A stretch of 63,605 bases of DNA from an uncultured Leptospiraceae bacterium (lineage in GTDB: Bacteria; Spirochaetota; UBA4802; UB4802). The DNA lies in the NCBI GenBank assembly GCA_964629365.1, contig CAZVRB010000005.1, positions 1 through 63,605 of the forward strand, given 5' to 3'. How positions within the stretch are numbered: position 1 is the stretch's first letter; each line of letters opens with the position of its first letter. Positions 1 through 8,462 of the stretch are shown piece by piece. The notes under the pieces were generated by a model. The model saw only the letters and a list, made by a program, of their open reading frames with translations. It ran no database searches and was not told the origin of the DNA. Made by a program: the position numbers and the translations under genes.

Positions 1-1
1 G

Positions 2-1180
2 GTGGGTGACATCGAGTCCATACCCTTCCTTGAAGCTATTCGCCAGATACGACAGGAACTGGGGAGAAAAAGAGTGCTCAATTCGCATCTTACCCTGGTC
101 CCGACGATTGCAGTGGCGGGAGAACAAAAAACCAAGCCCACCCAGCATTCGGTAAAAGAATTGATGGAACTGGGGATACTCCCTGACATCCTGTTATGCC
201 GCACTGCCCGTCCCCTTGCTGAAGAATTGAAAAGTAAGATCGCACTTTTTTGTAATGTTTCAGAACAAAATGTAATATCCGCGGTGGATATTAAGAGTTC
301 AATATATGAAATTCCTTATATGCTGCATGAAAACAAGTATGACACTGTTGTGCTTGAACACTTCGGTTTAGAGGTGAGTCCACTGAAAATACCGGAATGG
401 GATTCTTTTTGTAAAAATATAAATAACCTGAAGCATAAGGTCCGTATCGCTGTAGTTGGAAAATATATTTCACTTCAGGATGCCTACAGGTCAATTTACG
501 AGGCATTACTTCATGGTGCGGCTTCAAATAACGCTGAACTTGAGATAGTAAAAATCGATTCAGAAGATATTGAAAAAAAATCAAAAAGCATAAAAAATAT
601 CTTTCAGAAAGTGGATGGAATTCTCATACCGGGAGGATTCGGTACAAGGGGTATTGAGGGAAAAATCGCGGCTGTTGAGTATGCCAGGAAGCAGGGGATA
701 CCTCTTTTCGGTATATGCCTGGGACTTCATTGCGCGGTGATCGAATATGCCCGAAATGTGTGCGGTTTGAAGAATGCCAATTCATCCGAATTTGATCCGC
801 ATAGTGAAAACCCGGTGATCTCTCTTCTGGAAGAGCAGGAGATAGTTGATAAAATGGGAGGCACCATGCGCCTGGGTGCATATCTCTGTGAATTCGAGGA
901 AGGAAGCCGGATAAAGAAAATATACGCTGAAGATTCCGCAATGGAACGCCATCGTCACCGGTTCGAATTTACCCTGAAGTACAAAGACCTCTTCGAGTCA
1001 AAGGGGTTGACTTTTTCTGGTATCCATCCTGAAAACAGGCTTGTCGAAACTATTGAATTAAAGGATCATCCATGGTTTATATGTACCCAGTTTCATCCTG
1101 AATTTAAATCCAAACCTACACGTCCACATCCCCTTTTCAGAGATTTCATCAGTGCCTCTATAGCGGGCTCGATAAACTGA
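2..1180 (+). CDS. pyrG: CTP synthase, 5'-truncated by the window edge
   Basis: GDIESIPFLEAIRQ, KTKPTQHSVKEL, glutaminase motifs GICLG and QFHPEF; the ORF starts mid-protein. Confidence 0.96.
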   Translation: MGDIESIPFLEAIRQIRQELGRKRVLNSHLTLVPTIAVAGEQKTKPTQHSVKELMELGILPDILLCRTARPLAEELKSKIALFCNVSEQNVISAVDIKSSIYEIPYMLHENKYDTVVLEHFGLEVSPLKIPEWDSFCKNINNLKHKVRIAVVGKYISLQDAYRSIYEALLHGAASNNAELEIVKIDSEDIEKKSKSIKNIFQKVDGILIPGGFGTRGIEGKIAAVEYARKQGIPLFGICLGLHCAVIEYARNVCGLKNANSSEFDPHSENPVISLLEEQEIVDKMGGTMRLGAYLCEFEEGSRIKKIYAEDSAMERHRHRFEFTLKYKDLFESKGLTFSGIHPENRLVETIELKDHPWFICTQFHPEFKSKPTRPHPLFRDFISASIAGSIN

Positions 1181-1277
1181 AAAATTCTATCCATCCTGCT
1201 GCTGTTTCACAGAAATAATATTGATAAGATTGCCCCCGGAATGTATATTGATAAAGCAGTTGCGTCATAAAAATCGG

Positions 1278-1306
1278 TTGCGTAGTATGTCCATATTATG
1301 TATTGT
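1278..1306 (+). promoter_or_regulatory. Putative sigma-70 promoter of the rpoN operon
   Basis: TTGCGT (1278-1283), 17-bp spacer, TATTGT (1301-1306), about 40 nt before the rpoN ATG. Confidence 0.5.
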
Positions 1307-1346
1307 AACATGAATCCGGTAAGGGGAGACAGCATCTGAGGAACTT

Positions 1347-2795
1347 ATGGCAGTATCTTTAAAGCTGGGGATCAAGCAAAGTCAACGATTAAATCTAACG
1401 CAGTCCCTGCGTCAGTCGATAGAAATACTACAGTTATCTTCAATTGAACTCGCCGAGATCATTTCAGAGGAGTTACAGCAAAACCCGGTTCTCGAAGAAG
1501 AAGGAAGTTCCACTGTACCTTCAGTGGCCGATGCTGACGGAGCCGTGGCCAGTGCCAACAAAGAGCTGAGCGGTGATGAGTCAACGAACCGTCAACGAGA
1601 GGATCATCTTCTGCAATACGAGGACTCCAGCGACAGTGGACTGACATCATATTACGATGATGAAAGGAAGAGAAAATTCCTGGAGAATGCCGTAGCCCAG
1701 GAAGAATCACTGCAGCAGCACCTGCTTGCACAGGCACACGAGCATCCTATTGATGATAAGGACATGCCCCTTTATGAGAGTATCATTACCGCCATTGATG
1801 AAAGAGGGTTTGTCAACAACACCCCGGCCGAAATAGCTGTACATAACGACGTTTCTGAGGACAGGGTATTACACGTGCTGAAAACTATTCAGCTTTTTGA
1901 ACCCGTTGGCTGTGGTGTCTTCAGTGTGCAGGAGAGCCTGCTTGTACAGGCGCGGCAACAGTATCCGGAAGATACACTGCTTCACTCCATACTCGAAAAT
2001 TACTTCAAAGAACTTGAAAACCTTAGATATGATGAAATAGCAAAAAAACAGCGGATTACTATCAAGGACGTAGTAGAACGAAGTAACCTGATACAGAATC
2101 TTGACCCTTTTCCTGGTCAACGCTATTCTTCAGAAAAGATTACCTACATCATACCCGAAGTAGATGTTCAGTATATTGATGGTGAAATTATTATTACCCT
2201 CAATGACGACTGGGTGCCGTCCATACGGATAAATTCGTATTACCTGAATATGATGAAGAAAAAAAATATTGAAAAAAAACTAAAAGATTATATTCAGGAT
2301 AAAATGCAGTCCGCACGCTATCTTATTAAGAACGTAAGCAGCCGCAGGGATACCATACTCAGGGTTGTCAGGGCAATAATGGAGCATCAGAAGGATTTTC
2401 TGATCAGCGGACCGGGTAATCTTAACCCCCTTACCCACGCGGTCATTGCCGAAGAGGTTGGCCTGCACGAATCAACGGTCAGCCGGACAACAACCGGTAA
2501 ATATGTTCAGACTCCCTGGGGGGTGTTTGAATTGAAGTATTTTTTTGTAAGCAGGATACATTCGCAATCAAGTACGGATTATTCATCAGACAGGGTGATG
2601 AGTCTTATAAAAGACATCGTGGCGCAGGAGAAGCCGGATAAGCCCTACAGTGATGAAGATATTCTTTACAGGCTTGAGAAGGCGGGGGTAAAAATCGCAA
2701 GAAGAACCATTGCGAAATATCGTGATATCCTGGGGATTCCATCATCAGGGAAAAGAAAAAAATTAAATATGATAAAAGCAGAGGGTGACAAATGA
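1347..2795 (+). CDS. rpoN: RNA polymerase sigma-54 factor
   Basis: Q/L-rich region I (QSQRLNLTQSLRQSIEILQL), LHESTVSR helix-turn-helix, RpoN box ARRTIAKYR. Confidence 0.97.
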   Translation: MAVSLKLGIKQSQRLNLTQSLRQSIEILQLSSIELAEIISEELQQNPVLEEEGSSTVPSVADADGAVASANKELSGDESTNRQREDHLLQYEDSSDSGLTSYYDDERKRKFLENAVAQEESLQQHLLAQAHEHPIDDKDMPLYESIITAIDERGFVNNTPAEIAVHNDVSEDRVLHVLKTIQLFEPVGCGVFSVQESLLVQARQQYPEDTLLHSILENYFKELENLRYDEIAKKQRITIKDVVERSNLIQNLDPFPGQRYSSEKITYIIPEVDVQYIDGEIIITLNDDWVPSIRINSYYLNMMKKKNIEKKLKDYIQDKMQSARYLIKNVSSRRDTILRVVRAIMEHQKDFLISGPGNLNPLTHAVIAEEVGLHESTVSRTTTGKYVQTPWGVFELKYFFVSRIHSQSSTDYSSDRVMSLIKDIVAQEKPDKPYSDEDILYRLEKAGVKIARRTIAKYRDILGIPSSGKRKKLNMIKAEGDK

Positions 2796-3598
2796 ACATT
2801 ACAATTACAGGGCGACATATGGATGTTTCAGACAGTATCAAGGAATACGCAACGAAAAAAATCCAGAAAGTTGAGAAGTATTTTCATCAACTCATAGACG
2901 CCAACCTGATTATGTTCATAATAAAGCAGGATCATTTCGTAGAGTTACTGGTCAACGGTGACGGTGTGCAGTTCTTTGCCTCGGAAAAAGCGGGAGACAT
3001 GTATTCTTCCATTGATCTAATGATGGATAAAATGGAAAACCAGATAGTACGCTACAAGGAAAAACATTCAGGGCATAAAGCCACCGCGCTTGGCGAGCTG
3101 CCACTCATGGAAGAGACTACGGATAAGGGTGTGGACATCAGGCTTACCCAGACCAGTAATAAACCCATTGACGAGAAAGAGGCGTTTCTCGAGATGAGGG
3201 CTGATAATCAGGATTTTATTCTTTTTAAGAAAGGTGTACAGAAAATAGATTCAAAAATTGACTATGCTAATAGAAATTATGCCCTGATATTCAAGAATGA
3301 AAAAGGATATAAACTGGTTGAAATTCCATATGAGCTTATAAAGAATGATGATTATGATGTGAGCAAATTTATAGAATACAGCATGGTTATAAAAGACGAA
3401 TCACCGGCAAATCCTGTTATCAAGCTTAAAAAGCAGGATACATGCTGTAGTATCGGCGATATGACAATTGACGAGGCTGTTGAACAACTTGTTGACAATA
3501 CAGCAAGTTTTCTGCCATTCTTTAACAGGGAAAGCAATTCTCTAAATATTGTGTATAAAAACGGAAAAACAATAGAGGTTGTTGTTCCCGCATTCTGA
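2792..3598 (+). CDS. hpf: Ribosome hibernation promoting factor (long HPF/RaiA), apparently with two C-terminal domains
   Basis: N-terminal MNITITGRHMDVSDSIKEYATKK...DMYSSID typical of HPF; directly follows rpoN (ATGA overlap). Confidence 0.88.
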   Translation: MNITITGRHMDVSDSIKEYATKKIQKVEKYFHQLIDANLIMFIIKQDHFVELLVNGDGVQFFASEKAGDMYSSIDLMMDKMENQIVRYKEKHSGHKATALGELPLMEETTDKGVDIRLTQTSNKPIDEKEAFLEMRADNQDFILFKKGVQKIDSKIDYANRNYALIFKNEKGYKLVEIPYELIKNDDYDVSKFIEYSMVIKDESPANPVIKLKKQDTCCSIGDMTIDEAVEQLVDNTASFLPFFNRESNSLNIVYKNGKTIEVVVPAF

Positions 3599-3620
3599 TC
3601 GCTGATGTGTGAACGGGGTT

Positions 3621-4580
3621 ATGAGAAAAAAACAGATATTTGTACGTGACCTGGTGGAATATACCGGGAAGATTGACCTGCAGCTTCTGCTTGTGGCCGG
3701 TAATAACGGCCTGGACAAGGAAATATCTGTTGGTGAAATCAACAGGCCGGGGTTAAGCCTGGCCGGTTTCTTTGAATTCTTTGCCTATGACCGGATTCAG
3801 ATCTTTGGGCTGGGTGAAACAGCCTTTATGAAGAACCTGGACCGCATGAGACGTAATGAAATATATCAGAAATATTTTTCTTACGATGTTCTTTGCTGCG
3901 TGTTTACCCATAATGAATATCCTGATGAAATATTTATTGAGTTCGCACAAAAAAACAGTGTTCCTGTTTTTGTGACTAAACATCAAACTACAAGATTCAT
4001 AAGTCTTCTTACACATGTTGTTGAGGATTCTTTTGCCCCTTTCACCAGCATTCATGGGACGCTGGTGGATGTGTTTGGTCTTGGTGTACTTTTGATTGGG
4101 AAAAGTGGTGTTGGTAAGAGTGAATGCGCCCTGGAACTGGTTGAACGTGGACAGCGGCTGGTGGCTGATGACGTTGTCGAAGTCACCAGGGTGGACGAGT
4201 CCCTGGTCATGGGAAACGGCTCCGAGGTCATACGTCACCATATGGAGATAAGGGGACTTGGAATTATCAACGTGAAAGATATTTTTGGAATAAGCTCTGT
4301 ACGCAACAGGAAACGTATAGAGCTCGTGGCAATGCTTGAAGAATGGAATCCCGAGACACATTATGATCGGCTGGGAATAGATGAAACCAGGTATACCATA
4401 CTTGACATAGATCTTCCGTATATAGTTATACCGGTGCGACCGGGAAGAAATATTCCGATTATTATTGAAACCGCGGCCCTTAACCAGCGGCTGAAGAAAA
4501 TGGGAGTATACTCTGCCAGGGAACTGGATATGAAGATACAAGACTGGATGCAAAAGGAGAATAAACGTTCCAATGGTTGA
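3621..4580 (+). CDS. hprK: HPr kinase/phosphorylase
   Basis: INRPGLSLAG, Walker A GKSGVGKSE, LVADD, MEIRGLGII, PVRPGRN. ATG 3621 preferred over GTG 3609. Confidence 0.96.
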   Translation: MRKKQIFVRDLVEYTGKIDLQLLLVAGNNGLDKEISVGEINRPGLSLAGFFEFFAYDRIQIFGLGETAFMKNLDRMRRNEIYQKYFSYDVLCCVFTHNEYPDEIFIEFAQKNSVPVFVTKHQTTRFISLLTHVVEDSFAPFTSIHGTLVDVFGLGVLLIGKSGVGKSECALELVERGQRLVADDVVEVTRVDESLVMGNGSEVIRHHMEIRGLGIINVKDIFGISSVRNRKRIELVAMLEEWNPETHYDRLGIDETRYTILDIDLPYIVIPVRPGRNIPIIIETAALNQRLKKMGVYSARELDMKIQDWMQKENKRSNG

Positions 4581-4839
4581 GAAAGAGGTTAAGGTTAGAA
4601 GCGACGCGGGAGTTCACGCCCGGCCTGCCATGATGTTCGTGCGTGAAGCTATGAAATATCCATGTGAGGTATTTCTGATAAAAGATGAAGTTGAGGCCAA
4701 CGGCAAATCAATCATGTCTGTGCTGGGATTGGCAATTACCTCCGGCTCGCAGCTTATAGTACGCGCCCATGGGGACCAGGAGACGGAGGCTGTTGATACC
4801 CTGACAAGCCTGATAGAGAATGACTTTCAGCAGAAATAA
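4573..4839 (+). CDS. ptsH: Phosphocarrier protein HPr
   Basis: GVHARPA (His15 site) and NGKSIMSVL (Ser46 site); 88 aa. Confidence 0.95.
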   Translation: MVEKEVKVRSDAGVHARPAMMFVREAMKYPCEVFLIKDEVEANGKSIMSVLGLAITSGSQLIVRAHGDQETEAVDTLTSLIENDFQQK

Positions 4840-4859
4840 AGAGGGAGCAGGTTATTATT

Positions 4860-5471
4860 ATGACTGAAAAGAACAGGGCGATCTCATCAAGAAACCCGGG
4901 GGTGCGATTTGTGTTGATGTGTTTCATTTCAGCAATGATCTTTATTTCTGTGCCTGCTGTCACAGCTCATGCTCAAGAAGAGGGTGACAGATCACCACTT
5001 ACCGCTGAAGAAGAATACGAGACCATGGTATTGCTTGAGCATAAAAAAGACCCCCTGTTCGCAGGTATTCTTTCCATGTACATGCCCGGCCTGGGCCAGT
5101 ATTATACAGGTGAGATGGTGAAGGGTACCGTGTTCCTTATGACAGAGTACACCCTTCTTTTCGGTTCACTTTTGTATTTCCTCGATTTTAATTTTTCAGC
5201 AGGTGGTGATTCCGGTTTTAATATGCGGGTTGATGCCAAAAGAACTGAACTGGGGGGGGTGTCCACCGAACGGAGAAATATATTTTATGGTATGCTCTCG
5301 GCGCTTTTAGTTATCCACGCGTACAATATATCTGATGCTGTTCAGTCTGCAAAAGATTATAATGGATGGCTGGAAGAGGAAAGACTCAGGATAAACAGGA
5401 AATATCCTGAAATCGAAATGAGTTATCGTGATGACGGAGGTTTCTTCATTGGATTTACTACGCGTATGTAA
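4860..5471 (+). CDS. Exported/membrane protein with a TM2-like (DUF5683-like) motif
   Basis: Signal-like N-terminus; KDPLFAGILSMYMPGLGQYYTG motif followed by hydrophobic helices. Confidence 0.65.
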   Translation: MTEKNRAISSRNPGVRFVLMCFISAMIFISVPAVTAHAQEEGDRSPLTAEEEYETMVLLEHKKDPLFAGILSMYMPGLGQYYTGEMVKGTVFLMTEYTLLFGSLLYFLDFNFSAGGDSGFNMRVDAKRTELGGVSTERRNIFYGMLSALLVIHAYNISDAVQSAKDYNGWLEEERLRINRKYPEIEMSYRDDGGFFIGFTTRM

Positions 5472-6030
5472 ATGGTTTCCCGTACATATTATCCTGGCCG
5501 CATGTGTGATGGTGTGTGTTCTGCCGCGTATCCTTAATGCTGCTGATACTAACAGGGCCACTCAACAATCCGAGGATACGCAGGATAAACCCGGCGTTGA
5601 AAGAGCCTTCCCGTATGTTCCCCAATACAAAGATCCTTTTGTAGCGGGTGTGCTGTCATGGTCATGGACAGGACTGGGGCAATTTTATGCCCAGGACTAT
5701 GCGAAAGGTTCGTTGTTCCTTGTGGCCGACATGTCACAGAAGGGACTGTTTCTGTATATGCTGTTTCATCTTTCCGAGAAATACCAGTCAGATGATGAGA
5801 TCATAAACTGGACAGATATGAGTATGCAGGACAGGGGGGTGATACTGGGACTGGCTTTTTCAATCCTGGTCACCAAGGTGCTTTGTGTGGTTGACGCGGT
5901 TGATTCCACCAGGGATTACAACAGGGAAGTGTATTACCCGTACTGGCGTCAGAAACAGAATATCGATATATCATATAATCCTGACGCGGGTAACGTAAAC
6001 CTGTCAGTAAAGAGAAGATTCAGTTTTTAA
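5449..6030 (+). CDS. Paralogous TM2-like (DUF5683-like) membrane protein
   Basis: KDPFVAGVLSWSWTGLGQFYA mirrors the upstream gene; likely TTG start at 5449 after GGAGG (track ORF begins 5428). Confidence 0.6.
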   Translation: MDLLRVCKWFPVHIILAACVMVCVLPRILNAADTNRATQQSEDTQDKPGVERAFPYVPQYKDPFVAGVLSWSWTGLGQFYAQDYAKGSLFLVADMSQKGLFLYMLFHLSEKYQSDDEIINWTDMSMQDRGVILGLAFSILVTKVLCVVDAVDSTRDYNREVYYPYWRQKQNIDISYNPDAGNVNLSVKRRFSF

Positions 6031-6600
6031 ATGAAAACACGTTATATTGCATGCATTTCAGTGTTGTTATTGCACCTGCTGGGTATTCCGGGAGGTGCTG
6101 CTGAAGTGAAGTATGAATCTTTAACATTTAAAGATAACGACCTGGTTATACAGTTTTCGATTACGAAATTTCACCGAAATGACCTTGCCGAAGCGGTTAA
6201 GAGGGGAATAGAAGGGAAAGTCATCTATTCTTTCGAGGTTGTAGAAGATTCAACACTCCCATTACTCAAGAAGAAAGTGCTGGTGAGAAGGCGAATAACC
6301 AGAAATGTTAAATATGACTTTTTTAAACAGGCGTTCGTCGTGTATGAGCGTGATATACCGCATTACCTGTATAATAACGATTCTTTTTTAAGTGACCTTT
6401 TTTATTCCCATACATTTGTTCTCAAGGATGTAAAGAGATACCAGGGACGTGATTGCTATGTTCGTTCACGGGTGGAATTTACCTCCATGAAGCTGTATTT
6501 CCCCATAAATTATATATTTGAGTATATTATTGGTCTTTGGGATTTTAACACCGGATGGCAGGATGGCCCCAGCCTGCGGTCAATCAGCGATGAAAGATAA
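6031..6600 (+). CDS. Exported protein, probably DUF4390 family
   Basis: Signal peptide; 'L.EAVKRGI....Y.FEV...RR.TRNVKYD' pattern; sits directly before an NtrY/NtrX-like pair, the usual DUF4390 context. Confidence 0.55.
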   Translation: MKTRYIACISVLLLHLLGIPGGAAEVKYESLTFKDNDLVIQFSITKFHRNDLAEAVKRGIEGKVIYSFEVVEDSTLPLLKKKVLVRRRITRNVKYDFFKQAFVVYERDIPHYLYNNDSFLSDLFYSHTFVLKDVKRYQGRDCYVRSRVEFTSMKLYFPINYIFEYIIGLWDFNTGWQDGPSLRSISDER

Positions 6601-6638
6601 CCGGGGTTACCCGGATTAACGTACCATACAGGAATATA

Positions 6639-8447
6639 ATGACAGAAACCGGACACAACAGAAAAAAACTAATGGGGGGATACCTGAGACGTCCAAAATT
6701 CCAGGACGTGTTGTTTTTGCTTGGTGTGTTCCTCTTTACTGCTGTCATGCTTTTGAGCCTGTATCCACGGTATCAGCAGGATGAAATAGGAAGAAATTTT
6801 TTCCTGTATACGGTAATGCTGGTTCCCCTGATCGCTGCCATCTATTTCCTGGTCATATCATTCAGGTCTCAAATTCGGAAGCAGGACGCCGAAATTACCA
6901 CAAGTATTCGACTGAAAATCGCGGTTGCCCTGATCGTTGTTGCTATCTTGCCATCCATACCCATCATTATTATTTCGAATAACATGATCAATACAACAAT
7001 AAGCGAACTGATAACCGGTAAAACAGCAGTGGCCCTTGAAGAAGCCATTGAAATGTCCCAGGAATCATTGCAGGATGACATTGAGGACATGCGGCGACAG
7101 CTGAAGCTTGTACGGTTTAACATTATAAATGGGGTGTATTCAACAGGATATTACAAGCGCCAGTATGCTGAATTTCTTGGCGAAGGCAACAGCCCCCATT
7201 ACAGTATTCTTGTGGGTTATGTTACATCGTCTTTACCTTTCAGAAAGACTATTTCTTTCGACACGTCTACGGTTGATAAAAAGGAAGTTGAAGACGTTGA
7301 ACAGCTGAAACAATTTCTCAGCGTGGCTGATCTCCTGAATGATGTGCAGGTTGACCGGTTATCCATAAACGGGAAAACCATCATTGTGGCGCACACCCTG
7401 TATGGAAAAAATCTACTGGTAATGTACCAGTACATATCACCCGAGAAAACACAAAGGTTAACACTGTTTGAAAAGACATATGGTAATTATCGTCAACAGG
7501 AATTTCTGAAACCCTATTTCCAGACCGGGGTTGGCATTGCACTGGTAACTATATCGCTGGTAATTATAATGCTTGCTGCAATTATAAGTTTTGTGCTGTC
7601 AAAAAGCATTTCCCGACCTGCGTTTGAGCTTGTGGATGCTGCAAAACAGGTTGCTTCCGGTGATTTCTCTGTGAAATTGTATAGAAGTGAGAAAGACGAG
7701 ATGACCCTTCTGTTTAATTCTTTCAATCGCATGGTCGAACAGCTGGAACATGGACGTAATGTAATGTACCAGACGCAGAAACTACAGGCATGGCGTGATA
7801 TAGCCCGAAAGCTGGTACATGAGATCAAGAACCCGTTAACCCCTATACGTCTTTCTGCTGAGAGGATATATCGCCGCTACAGCGAGGGGCATCAAGACCT
7901 TGATGCCATTGTGAAACAGGGCACCTCTACTATTGTTGAAGAGGTGAATGTATTAATGCGGCTTCTTTCCGAATTTTCCAGGTTTGCCCGTTTACCTGAA
8001 ATTCAGCCTGAATACCAGCCATTGAACGAGATTGTTGAGAATTGTGTACATTTTTTTAAGGGACATGAAAATATTCATTTCATTATTGACCTGGATGATT
8101 CATTGCCTGAACTGTACGTGGACAGGGGGCTTATCCGACAGGCACTGACAAACCTTATACAAAATGCCATAGAGGCCAGTAATGATGAGGGTGATATTGA
8201 AGTGCACACCATGTATATTGAGGATCCAGATAATAAAATGGCGAAGATCGTTATACGTGATTATGGTATTGGAATTGAAGTAGAAGATATCTCAAATATT
8301 TTTGAACCTACTTTCTCAAAAAAAGAAAATGGTACAGGACTGGGGTTGACAATTGTTGAAAAGATTATTATAGAACATGGTGGACGGATTTACTGCCAGT
8401 CGGAATATGGCAAAGGCAGTACATTCACCATTGAGTTGCCTGTATAA
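6639..8447 (+). CDS. NtrY-like membrane sensor histidine kinase (HAMP, HisKA, HATPase)
   Basis: Several TM helices, AWRDIARKLVHEIKNPLTPIRLSAER H-box, NLIQNA N-box, DYGIG and GTGLGL G-boxes. Confidence 0.92.
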   Translation: MTETGHNRKKLMGGYLRRPKFQDVLFLLGVFLFTAVMLLSLYPRYQQDEIGRNFFLYTVMLVPLIAAIYFLVISFRSQIRKQDAEITTSIRLKIAVALIVVAILPSIPIIIISNNMINTTISELITGKTAVALEEAIEMSQESLQDDIEDMRRQLKLVRFNIINGVYSTGYYKRQYAEFLGEGNSPHYSILVGYVTSSLPFRKTISFDTSTVDKKEVEDVEQLKQFLSVADLLNDVQVDRLSINGKTIIVAHTLYGKNLLVMYQYISPEKTQRLTLFEKTYGNYRQQEFLKPYFQTGVGIALVTISLVIIMLAAIISFVLSKSISRPAFELVDAAKQVASGDFSVKLYRSEKDEMTLLFNSFNRMVEQLEHGRNVMYQTQKLQAWRDIARKLVHEIKNPLTPIRLSAERIYRRYSEGHQDLDAIVKQGTSTIVEEVNVLMRLLSEFSRFARLPEIQPEYQPLNEIVENCVHFFKGHENIHFIIDLDDSLPELYVDRGLIRQALTNLIQNAIEASNDEGDIEVHTMYIEDPDNKMAKIVIRDYGIGIEVEDISNIFEPTFSKKENGTGLGLTIVEKIIIEHGGRIYCQSEYGKGSTFTIELPV

Positions 8448-8462
8448 TAAAGGTGGTTATTT

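Noticed and set aside
3753-4553. 266-aa antisense ORF over hprK
   Set aside because: Shadow ORF fully opposite a conserved gene, with no recognisable motif.
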